Under the pieces are notes generated by a model. It was given only the letters and a program-made list of their open reading frames with translations, had not been told where the DNA came from and searched no databases. Shown here one piece after another: positions 46,601 through 57,746 of a stretch of 64,000 nucleotides of DNA. The DNA lies in contig QPGO01000059.1 of assembly GCA_008632985.1 (NCBI GenBank), positions 310,001 to 374,000 on the forward strand. The letters are read 5' to 3'. How positions within the stretch are numbered: position 1 is the stretch's first letter; the number at the start of each line of letters is the position of its first letter. The stretch is from Psammoneis japonica. Taxonomy: Eukaryota. The translations under genes were made by a program, and so were the position numbers.

Positions 46601-48340
46601 GGCATCATCTGCATTTTGTTCCAGGTGCAAACAAGGTTCTGGTGGCTGGGCATGCTGCAAGACATCACAGAAGGCATCCATGGATGTGGACATTGCACTC
46701 TGGCCAACTGCACCTTGCATGAGGCTCAAATGCAGTTGACTGCATTGAGTGGTGATGTCCCATTTGATGTCATTTATCTTGATGTCTAGATGCCTGGTGA
46801 CATCCAAGATGTCCAAGGTCCAAAGAAAGTCCTCACATTTGTTGACTGCATGACTGGATTTGTCATGGCATCTTTCTTGGGAATTGCTTTTGACTCTTTG
46901 GTTGTTGCTGATGTCACAGTCTCACAGTTCTTTGTCTTTTGTGGACTGCCTGGACAGATTGCAGCAGGTGCTGGTTCAGTTTTCTGTGCTGTGTTTTTGT
47001 GGCTTTTTGATCTCCAAGTCCCCATCACAGCCATGTCCAGAACAAACCACAGAGCAGTGCACAATGAGAACTTCCACCATTGTCTGAATGAGGTTGAGAG
47101 CAGATTGATGCCGCAGACACCGGATCAATGATGCAATGGAAACTCAGCATCATCTTTGCTGCACATCCCTGGAGTGCTTCTCCCATTGATGCCACTGTCA
47201 TCCCATGAGCTGTTGCAGTGACAGGCAGAGAGTTCCCCTTCCCAATCAACCTGGTGCTGAACATGCCACATGACAGCAGCTCTGATGCCAAGAACAAATT
47301 GGCAGATCATTGCAAGGCTGCAACCCCACTGCCACTCAACAACATGAAATGCTCAACACACTGAACAATGAGAGGTGACAATGACACATGGAGCTGTGCA
47401 ACCACTCTGCTGCACAGTGCCAATTCTGCCCAGGGGATCTGGTCATCACAAGAAAAATGGTGCAATCTGATGCTTCATGTGGAATTGCAACCAAAGTGCT
47501 CTTCAAGGCCAAAGGTCCACATTGTGTGCTCAAGCAAATCTCTCCGGTGTCCTGTCGAGTGAAATGCATGCCGTTTCTCTGTGGACAAGGCCAGCCTGGC
47601 AAACCCTGGAAAGAGAATGCTGGGTGCATGACCCTGTCACCATCTCTGCTGATTTTTCACAAGCACGCAGACAGAGTGGACACACAGCTCCTTTGGCTGT
47701 TGAGTGACATCAAGCAATCACCACCACCGCACAAGTGGCTGGGAGTTTTGCAATGTGGTGGCTTCACCCAAGCTGCACCAGATGCCACTGGGGCATTTGA
47801 GCTGCTCCAAAGCATGTGGAGTGAAGACATGCCAGACCCTGACTCTGATTCCAACTCCAATTCAGACCCCAAAGATGACCCTCAATTGGCAGACAATCCC
47901 AGAGATGATGATGAAATCCAAGAAATCCCTGAGACTCCCCATGCTGAAACACCTTCCACCATGATCCTTCCAGGTGTTGATCTGTCTGCTGACCAACTCC
48001 TCAACAAACTCTGCTGGTCCATTGAGGATTCCACTGACAAGCCATTCTTCACAGCATGTCAACAATCAGAGGAGGACGAAAGTCCTGTGACAAAAATCAC
48101 TCAAGCGGACCTCCTGGAGACTGTCCCACATCAGGCAAAATGGCGTGGGATGCACCACATCAGATGGTGGTCTCAACACTTTCAAGACCAGGATGACAGA
48201 TCTGCAGTTGACAATTGACTCTGGCCAGATGCACACAGGAAATGAGCAGACAGCCATCAGCCACTCCAACTTGTTCCAGTGTGCCCGCAAAAGATTCAAG
48301 ATGTGCTGGCAACTGACTCCACTTTGGAGTGGAAGCACGA
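43650..48340. other. Block C: CpG/TpA-depleted DNA
   Basis: Visible dinucleotide bias; left edge 43651-43990 has 18 CG and 0 TA by hand count. Confidence 0.88.
44480..47900 (+). mobile_element. Degenerate Ty3/Gypsy LTR-retrotransposon pol (reverse transcriptase then integrase)
   Basis: RT remnants SPRGALVVLVAKP..WHSCISCQKL, SFDL..GCWQI. Integrase remnants PFDVIYLDV, VDCMTGF, GLPGQI, NENFHHCLN, GREFPFPI. Order RT>INT. Confidence 0.8.
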
Positions 48341-48478
48341 TTGTATTTACAAGATGATGTCCTTTTGGGAAGTGAAATCCAGTGTGGTCATTATCATGAT
48401 GATTGTCATTGTTGTCACCGTCAGCATCACTCATTCTGCAATCTATAATCTATAATGTTAACCTACACCACTGCGTCA

Positions 48479-49585
48479 CTAACATGACTCATCAATAGTG
48501 AGATGCAAGTCGCCAGGTTTTGCTTTCTTTGCAGACTCAGCTGCTCCGGTAGCCTTATCTAGAAGTAGCAAGCTTTTCTGAGACTGTAGAAGTCCCGCAA
48601 CTCGAGAAGCAATCCTCTGTACTCCCCCCTTCAAGTCATTTTCGTCGTCAATAATGAACGTGCGTAGTCGAATGGCACCAGCATCTTTCTTGCGCGTTGC
48701 TGATGGCTCCAATCGTAGAAGAATCCATTCCCTGTATGTTGTCGCTATTCCGTAGAATGGCAAGTCAACGCAAAATGAGCGTTTCTGACCACGCCCCTCA
48801 CCTGCCGCTGTTAGTTGCGCAAGATTCTGATATAAGCCTTGGGCGACGTTGTCCTTTTTGCCTTCCGTGATGCAGATTCTGTGGTTCCCGTAATGTGCCA
48901 TCCAGTCAACAGGTCCTTTCCCAAGACTGCCGTCGACTTGTTCTTCACATGCCAGTTTGACTTCTGCAATTGAAGCAGCAAGGACTAGGACTGAAGAAAT
49001 GAATTCTCGTCGCGTGTATTCACAGCCTTGTTCCAATGGATCATATAGTTTGTGCTTCAGGTTTAGATCTTTGACAGCATGGAGCAACAGATCATGGGTA
49101 TCTGGAATGCTAGCAGGTTGTGGGAATCGAGGATCGTCATTACGGACTATCTGGATCTCAGAAATACCGGCATAATCGAGCGCATCTTCTTCAGTGAATT
49201 CCGAGAACCCAATGTGTTTGGTTTTTATATAGAGCGTTCGTGGGTATTTCGCGTTCCGCAAGTAGTCGTCAGACACAACGTGGCGGCACTTGTCGTCCGA
49301 ATAGATGAAAAAATCAGCTTCTTTGAGATGCCCCTGCCACTTGGAAACAGCATGCTCGCTCAGGCAGGTGACGGTCACTGCGTTCCTGGCAATGTCGGGG
49401 ATCGTCACAGAACCATACTTGCTGTACTTGAGTGTTATCGTTACGAAATCGAAAGGGATTGTATTTCTAATAGCTGCATTCAACGTCTCGCATTCTTGGG
49501 CGCTCAAACTCACCAGTGAAGCCGCCGACGCCGAATTCTCCAGTTTGTTCTTCAAAGCCGAAAGGGGTGATAAGCCGCCGTTCAT
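48479..49585 (-). CDS. PD-(D/E)XK restriction-endonuclease-fold protein (Crinkler-type nuclease domain), intact
   Basis: EEQVDG..GKGPVDW..ICITEGKK..QGLYQNLAQL..YGIATT..W; normal CG and TA content. Confidence 0.75.
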   Translation of the reverse strand: MNGGLSPLSALKNKLENSASAASLVSLSAQECETLNAAIRNTIPFDFVTITLKYSKYGSVTIPDIARNAVTVTCLSEHAVSKWQGHLKEADFFIYSDDKCRHVVSDDYLRNAKYPRTLYIKTKHIGFSEFTEEDALDYAGISEIQIVRNDDPRFPQPASIPDTHDLLLHAVKDLNLKHKLYDPLEQGCEYTRREFISSVLVLAASIAEVKLACEEQVDGSLGKGPVDWMAHYGNHRICITEGKKDNVAQGLYQNLAQLTAAGEGRGQKRSFCVDLPFYGIATTYREWILLRLEPSATRKKDAGAIRLRTFIIDDENDLKGGVQRIASRVAGLLQSQKSLLLLDKATGAAESAKKAKPGDLHLTIDESC

Positions 49586-50099
49586 GGTGCTGCGTCTGCG
49601 ACGCTTGTGTCGGTGTCTTCGACGAGATGCGGTGTGCAAGCGCCTCCTACGCCGATAACGGACAGACGGACAGACGGACAGACGGATGACGAACCGTCAA
49701 AAATTGGACGCTTCGCTGAACGGCTGTATCTCATTGTCTTCATTTACAAACATTTTAAGATGAAACATCAGATGCTTCAAACAACACAATGACGTTGCAA
49801 TTGTTAAAATGTCAAAGAGAAGGATGTCCGTGGTGCTCTTTTGCTTCTTCATTTTGACACTCATCAGCCGCCAGCAGCAAATCATGACTTCACGACATCT
49901 GTGCAAGTTTCATGAAATGTTTCCTCAGTGTCATCTTCATCACACGCCTCTTCAATCAACTTGACAGTGGCCCACAAATGGTTGGGTGCAACAGGTGGAG
50001 AGTGCACAATGTTGCACAATGCATCATCATCAGCAGCATGTTCTGTCTTGCACTTTTTTGTCTCTTTTTGTGCTTTGTCGCCCAACTCTTGATGAGCTG

Positions 50100-51150
50100 A
50101 CGAAGCTGAAGACATCATTTGGCGGTGTTTTCATTGTTCATTGTGATCAGATTGGTCCTGACAGGCCATCCACTCTCCTCTGGATTTTCGTCATTTTTGC
50201 AACTGACTCTCATGGAAACATGTCTGAAAGTTAAAAACCTTGATCTGCCAGCGATCTTTTCCTCATGGAAAGTGACATCCCAAGCAATGCAACCTGTGCT
50301 GTTGCCACCAATCTTGACAGGAATGTGGTCAACAACGGCATTTTCAAGAAGGTGCCAGAGGGAGCACACTCAAAATCTCTTGCACAGCCACTTCCAACCC
50401 ACACCATTGTTGTCCTCTGAGCAAGCAAGAGCCTCAAGTGGAAAAATCGAACACACCAGGTGCGAGCATGTGGATTTTCAAGATGAGCTGTCCAAGGACA
50501 TTTTGCTTGCAGTTTGTCCAGATGCTCATGTCAAACAAGCTGGGAATGAATCAAGGCATGTGGACCCACTTCTCCAAAGCTTTGCATGGCCACCCTGTGA
50601 TGACGAGCCTCAATGAGAACGTGGAGAAAAAGGAGGCCAACGGCACTGTTGGCTTTTTTGAGGGAGTTGAGCTGAAGGAATGTGTTTCTTTGGATGATTC
50701 AATGATTGATGAGAATTGATGGTCATTGGGTGAGGTCAGCCTGTGTTTCACAAGTTGAGTCAATTGTCTTGAGGCATGAAGAAAAGGCAGGAGGAGGGCT
50801 GTTTTGTGTGGCTCCAAGGAGAGAGACATGCTGTGTTGTCAACTTTCCTGTCCCTGTGATGGGCTTCATTGACAAGAGAACCCCAAGAATCAGTCAGAGG
50901 AAGCAATTGACCCAGTTCCCAGTTTTGTGCAACAACGCAGCAACTGCACACAAGCTCCAGGCAGGGGACAAAATTGAGAGCCTGGTTGTTGTCCAACAAA
51001 ACAACTTTGACCGCAGAGACAGCTGGGTTCATGTGGTTCTGTCTGGAGTGACAACAAGAAAGGGACTTTGTCTCAGGAAGAAGTTTGACAGCAGGAAAAC
51101 AAAGGGCATGCCATTTGCATCAAGTGAATTCCCTGGTCACTTCAGGAGCA
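50100..51150 (+). mobile_element. Degenerate PIF1-family helicase (Helitron-like) remnant
   Basis: FGG..IV, VDPLL..PVM..NENV...ANGT.G, QFPVL.N.AATAHKLQ, WVHVVLSGVTTRKGLCL (motif VI, YVxLSRV). Confidence 0.7.
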
Positions 51151-53089
51151 CAAGAGAGGGTTCTAAGAAGGCTGTCAGGCTCCTCTGGTGTGCTGCAAAT
51201 GACTGTGCAAGGCATTCACAACAAAAGATTGCAGTCATCAGACAATGACTTTTAATTGACAATTTGTCAACAATCTGGGCTTGCATCATGTGATTGTCCT
51301 TGTCAGGTGCAGAGACAATTGAGGGTGTTGAGTGAGTCACAATCTCCGGTTTGAAAGCGAGCGAGCGCGCAAAAAGCACAAAATCACCACATCCATCATC
51401 TCAACGGAAAAAAGGGCCATGTCACATCCACAGATTGAGGGTTTAAAAAAGACAAAAGCAACTGGCATTCAAATGTTCAACATGAATGACCTCAAAATGG
51501 AAAAATGGCTGGTTGATTGGCCAGGAGTCGACAGCATCCCAACCCAAAAATGACTGAGGCAACATAAAATTCGGAGTGTTTTGTGTGTCAGCAAACAAAT
51601 TGATTTTTGTGAAACCTCGAACCATGCAAAAGTCATTGCACCCCATTTCGTCTACAAAGACTGCTTGCAAATTTGGTCATTTTGAAAGTGGTCAGCTCCA
51701 AACCTGCCCCAACTTTGTCTCACCCGTCTGTCGCCGGTCCGTTTGGGGTCAGGGCAGGGGGGAGACACAGACGGGTGAGACGCGGAAAGAAATGAACCAA
51801 ATGAGCGTGCCACCGAAGCTGTTGGTGTCATGGTCAAGAAAGCCAAATGAGAGTGCCCCATGCTGAGATGACTGATGCAACAATGAGCACAGGCATTGAC
51901 AGTGCATGCCATCTCAGGATGAGTGTCATTGGCAACACACTGGAGCATTCCAGGGGCAGATCGACAACTGAAGCTGCAGTCAAAAGCAAGAGAACTTTCA
52001 TTCTTGAAGAGTGGAGAAGCAACAGGAGTGATGCTGTGCATCAAGTGACTTTGGATTTGGATGCAATGGAGCAACCAAGACATGGAAGTCATGATCAAGA
52101 CACCCGCAAGAAAAGAGGTGCAGAAAGTCATCACAGTCCAGCCACAGCTCGAATTGCAAGCTGTGAATGAGTCCATGCGGGAACACTCTGGGACCAGTGA
52201 GAACCAGAAAGGAAGCACAAATGAGCTGGTGGACAAACCAATCCACAGGAAAAATGCAACAATGAGCAAAGAGCAAAGCTCTCCACACAAAACACAGCCA
52301 GCAAAGGATCCCATGAACGTTGTTGGGCACATGACCTGTCACAAGAAAATGGAGCCATGCAAAGACAGGGTGCAGAGGTTTTGGAAGAAACTGTGTGACA
52401 TGTCACATCACCTCAAGAAGATCTTCTGCTTTTTCAGAAAACAAAAGTGTCAGAATGTCAATGACCGAAATCTTGATGATTTGTCTTCAATGCTTGACAA
52501 CTGCAGCCAAGAGGGGTCATCCCCACATTCATCCAAGAATTGCCATTGGCAGTTGAATCAGAACATTTGTGGTGCTCATTTTTGAACACTGAGTTGCCCA
52601 TGTTCACACCCCATTGTGCACAAAAATGAGAACATCAGGCACCGTGATCGAAGCACGATGATGATGGCAATCTCACAACAACTCTCCAAAATGCAGTGGT
52701 CCGTCCACAAACATTTGATGCACAGCAACCTTTGACACACTGCAAACACAAAATGAATGAGAGTTGGCAGATGGACCACCTCTGTCACAGACTTGTGGCT
52801 TGATGTTTTCACCACGGTGAAGCACGGTGAAATTCAGGAAAAATCATTCGAGTCGAGAGCCATTTGGCCAAAATCAAGATAAAAAAGCAGCAAATGATCC
52901 CCCTTGTGGAGCGGCGTGCTTTCAAAACAGCGGCACACCACACTGGTCTACATGTGCAATTGGGTGTGTGGGGACATGCCAGATTTGCTTCTTTGAATTT
53001 TCTTTCTGACTGTGGTTGCTGCTGTTTCTGCCATTTCATCAAACATGCTGATGCACCACAGCCTTTTGCATCAGACAATGGGGATCGAC

Positions 53090-55620
53090 AATGGGTCAAA
53101 GGCCCTTGGTTGTGTTGACCACCTTTCATTTTCTGAGTTTCGTGCAGTTCTGTCAGACAAGGCTGAAAAATCAGGTCAAAAAGGGCAGCCAACAGTTGCT
53201 GTTGACATTTCATGGTTGGCATTCAATCTCAGAGGCAACTGAGGTGTGGTCGACACCAAGGACCTTGTTGTTGCATGTTTGGAGAAGTTTTTGTTTGAGG
53301 GCGTCCATGTTAAAGCCAGATTTGATCCATCAGAGCACCACAACTCAAAAAAAGGCTGCCATGGATTGACGAGCAAAGTGCAACCACAGTGTTGTTCAGG
53401 CCATCAAATTCAAGACAGAGATTTCAAGATGTCTTGCAATTAGAAACATGCAACACCATTGATGAGAAAAATGAGCTTGTAAAAAAGAGAGATGCTCTGG
53501 ATGTCAAAATGAAGGCCTGTGAGCAAAATTGCAGAAATGCAACATCCTCAGAGTTCAAAGCTGTCATCAAGATGGGCGTTTGTGACTTGCAAGCTGTGCA
53601 CCTGAGTCTTTCCATTGTGGTCGGCCAGCACCAAGTTGATGGCAAAATTCAGCAGCTGTTGGTTGATGGATTTGCTGATGCTGCCATGGGAAATGATGCT
53701 GATTTCTCCTTTGTCGCAGGCAAAGCATGCATCCAAGTGTCAAAGTTCAAATTTGAAATGAAGAAGAAGAAGAAGAAGAATGAGAAGAAGGGGAATGCCA
53801 GTGACCCAGAGCAGACATCAGAGACATTGCCATCATGAGTGGATGTGTGTCCACTGTTCAATCTTGTTGCTCAGTTTTGGGAGTTGATGTTTCAGCTTCA
53901 AAAGAAAGTGGCCGTTCAACATGCAAGCCGGCTGCACATCCTTTGTTGGACAGGATTTCAGACACACGGTCACAGTGTTTGCTTGGCGTCACTCTTGGCA
54001 GTGATGCATTTCCTCAAAGTTTGAAGAAGACTGCTGCTCTTGAAGGCATGTCACATGCCACCAAAGGAAATCACCCGCGGCCAACAGCAACATTGACTTT
54101 GATGACCTTTTGTTGATGGTTTCTGAAATGACACCTGCAAAGAACAAGAACCCAAATGCAAAGAAGCAGCTTCTGAGTGCTGAAACTGTCATGGCTTTTG
54201 TGGAAGCTGTGGCACATGAGCCGGCGGAAGTTCTTGCCGACGGCAGCATTGTTCACATTGGCGGAGCTCCCGACTCTCCAGCTTTGGTGCACATCAAAGA
54301 TTTCTTTGCTCTTCAGACAACTTGAAGAAATTGGATTGTGCCATGATGGAATGCAGCGGCTCATGTGCAGATGGCAAGCATTGTTTTTTTTGGGGGGGGG
54401 GGGGTGGAGGAAGAAGGATTTTCCAACTGTCAGTCTTGTTGCAACTTGACGTGCTGCCGAATCTGCGTGCCAGAAGGTGACACGCCATGTGCTCAATGTT
54501 CGGTTGATGGAACTGCTTGTCATCCTGACAGCAATGAATTTGCAAAGCTGTTGCAAGTGGAGCTAAGAAGTGCACTGGCAGAGAAGATTGAGATGCCAGC
54601 CGGTGCATTGATTCCAGAATTGCTGGAGCTTTGTGAGATGTGTCACTTGCATGACACAGCTGAAGGCCCAGAAGACCTTCTGGGAGAAGCAATGTTTCCC
54701 ACTCACCATCTAGAAGCAATGGAGACTTTGCCAGCAACAGCCAACACACAGACTTCCAAGATGGGGGGCACTTCATTGGAAATGAAAGGCTCACAAACGG
54801 TGTTTCACCAATGCAAGCTCACTTCATTGTTTGCATCTCTTGTGACTTTTGGAGAAAAAGATTTCAACTTTCCAAAGGTGGCAGAGGTTTTGCCGAATGC
54901 AATCATCGCTTTTGCACGGGGCTCATGCATCAACAGTGGGGAAAGGCTTGTGAAGCAGTGTGCGAGACACGCTTTGGATTCCAAGTGCCCGCCCTTGACT
55001 CATGCTGTTGGAGCTGTGTTTGAATTGGGTGATGAGGTGGGTGCTCGGATTGATGCCAAAGTGCCCCCGTCTTTCAAAGACGGGGTGCATGACATGCGTT
55101 TGGCATTTGCAGCAACGAATCTTGTGGCAACAAAATGTGGTTGCAAGGCAGGTCACAACAACAGCTCCAATGCGAGTGAATCGACAAACGCCCATGCTTG
55201 CTCGTTGTGCCATGATGGAGGGAATGTTGCAAAAGGTTCGCGAGGTCCCACCCAGAGCTGGAGCGCATCAGGCGGCACACTCTTCTTGCAGCTCAGCAGT
55301 TGACTTGGAGGTTGGGATGTTTGGCTGGGAGGTGCATCCAACACAGATTACTTTGAATGCAGCCAACTGCTGCAAACACAAGAGGAGTTTCAAAAGAAGG
55401 ACAGCTCGTCGACGCTGAAGTTTGCAAATGTGCTCGACAAAGGCTTTCGGAGCGTTCTTGCAGCAGCATGGCAATTTGGAGGACAGCTGTTGTTGCAACC
55501 TTTCTTTGCCAGGAGTGACCGCAAGTTCACAAGCAAAGAGGTGCTTTTGTCTGCAGCCATTGCTGCTGATCGCTCGGGGAATGAGCGCTCAGCAAATCTG
55601 CTCAAGAAAGTGGCATGATT
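53090..55620 (+). pseudogene. Degenerate XPG/FEN1-like nuclease followed by Cys-rich and SWIM-like zinc fingers
   Basis: VAVDISWL, ARFDP..HHNSK (XPG-N); VGQHQVDG..GFADAAMGNDADF (XPG-I); LGVTLGSD (H3TH-like); KVPPSFK..H.M..ATKCGCKAG (SWIM-like). Confidence 0.6.
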
Positions 55621-56124
55621 GCTCAGGGCGCACATTCACTCCACACAAGACCTTGCCGTTTTCTCAGACGTGTGGATTGCTTGGGGATTTCAGTGTAATT
55701 TCATGTTTATGCCTGTAGTTTAGAATGTAGTTTCAGATGATGCCGGAAATGGATTATGGGTGTTGCCATTCGATCAATGAGATGCATGACATGCGATGCT
55801 GTACATGCATGCCATGTCTGTCGTTGCGAATCGTCTGTCCTTTGACCGATGTGCGCACCGCACTTTTGGAAACAACTTACAACAATGACCGTTTTCCGAT
55901 TGGAGACATCGCAAGACACTTCCAAGAAAATCGAAGGCAGTTCCAGAACACAAAATCCATCACAAACTCAACAAACCGCAGTTTTTGTTCGATGATTCGT
56001 GCCCATCACCCGTCACATTGTTTGTGCATCTTCTTTGTTCGTAGTTGGACGACTGCATTTTTTGTCACCTCCCTCTTGTTTAACCATAGGTCCAGATTGT
56101 ATCTTTCATTAAGTCTCACAAAAG

Positions 56125-57641
56125 ATGTCACGCTTTGCGCTTCTCCTGGCCTTTTCATGGATTCTGCCCTTGTCACTAGCCGATGGAGGAGGGTCGTCCA
56201 AAGTCAAGGATGATAACCATCGGTACGTCTTGTCCTATGGTGAAGGCGTCACCTTGGACGACGTGGAGTCTGTCGTTCGACTTCTCGGTGCCAAGGTGGA
56301 GCGTCCCTTGACGTGTACTCGCGGCATCATAGTCTCCACAGATGGCAAGGCTGTCCTTGACGACGATGACCCTGTGTTAGGTGGATTCAATCTCCTTCCC
56401 ATTACCGACACGCATCTCATTTTGCTCAAGTTGACGAGAAAGATTGGAGATTCAGTCAAGGCGAGCGCCGTCTGAGGAAAAAGCATCGGCGTCATCGTCG
56501 CCGGCAAGTGCGTAATAATTTTCAGCGCCAAAGAACGAATGCCCTTACAGGCGGTCGCAGACATGAAGGGCCCGGACAGAGACAAGAAAGGCCAAACGGG
56601 CAACGCCGTCCTCGTCCTAGTCCTCGTCCTTGCGAGTGCACAAGTTTTGGCGACGTTTACGAAAACCAAGCGCTGAGTGAGGTAGACGCAACGACTCTCA
56701 AGGATGCAATCATTGCAAACATTGAGCTCGAATCAGAGTCATATGCGGGAAGCAAGACCGACTCAATAGGAGAGCTGTTGCGTCTCGTCTTTCATGATAT
56801 CGCTCCGTTTGATGTCAACAACAACGACGCCTCGAACCTTTCAGGTTTGAATGGCTGTGTTGATTTAGCCTTCCCAAGCAACTTTGGCCTACAAAGCGCC
56901 ATTGACTTTCTTCTACGACTCAGGAGAGACAAAGGAATTGTCACTTCTATGGCTGACCTCTTTGTGCTTGGTGCCATTGCAGCTGTTGAAGCTGCTGGTG
57001 GTCCACAGATTTCATTCCAATACGGACGAGCAGACATTCCTTGTCGCTGTGAGAGCAACTTCTTTCCCGATCCAGAATCCCCCGAGGCGCAGACAACGGC
57101 CGAGCTTGATAAATCAATGCGTGATCGCCTTGGCCTTACGCGAAGAGAGATCACTGCTCTTCTTGGTTCGCACACGGTTGGTCGTCTCGAGGTTGATAAT
57201 AGCGGATACGAGGGTGGGTGGATCCCTCCCGCGGAGCGCTCGAACTTTACCAACTTATATTATGTTGTCATGATTGATCGTCCGTGGGTGAAAACCACCA
57301 AAGAAATCCAAGGCAGGGTCCTTACGGAATGGCGATCACCCAAGGTCGAAATCGATGCCATGATGCTCAACATTGACGCCATTCTGGCGTTTGACATTAA
57401 GAATTGCAATGTCTTTGGTGACGATCCCTTGAATTTTCTTGGAACTGGCAGTCTTGAGGGCGGACCTGCCGAGTTTGTGCCTACTGCTATTGTCAATTGT
57501 ACCCGGCGCAATGATGAATACGGTACAGCTGTTGCTGAGTTTGCTAAAGACAATGATAGCTGGATCGATGCATACGTGTTGGCCTTTACCAAGATGGTGG
57601 AGACAACCTTTCCTTGCGGAGATCTTCGCTCGCCGCTATAG
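56125..57641 (+). CDS. Secreted heme peroxidase (ascorbate/cytochrome c peroxidase-like) with N-terminal prodomain; 1-bp deletion near 56399 joins two ORFs
   Basis: Signal peptide; distal LLRLVFHD; SMADL; AAGGP.I.F.YGRAD; proximal LLGSHTVG; F.N.YY; AFTKM. Confidence 0.85.
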
Positions 57642-57746
57642 CTAGAAGAAAAAAGCGGCATAGTGTCTAGATACTCAGTTTGTATGCGCTAAGATATCAT
57701 ACATATTTTGCTGAAGCTCTAATGCTGCTTACCTAATCTGTACTTT

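Larger units (their letters stand above)
49760..55690. other. Block D: CpG/TpA-depleted DNA
   Basis: Visible dinucleotide bias; ORFs essentially devoid of Tyr. Confidence 0.88.

Noticed and set aside
43650..55690. Alternative genetic code or foreign-genome insert as the explanation for Tyr-free frames
   Set aside because: The depletion is frame- and strand-independent and the relics are broken by shifts and stops, so it is mutational rather than a coding rule.
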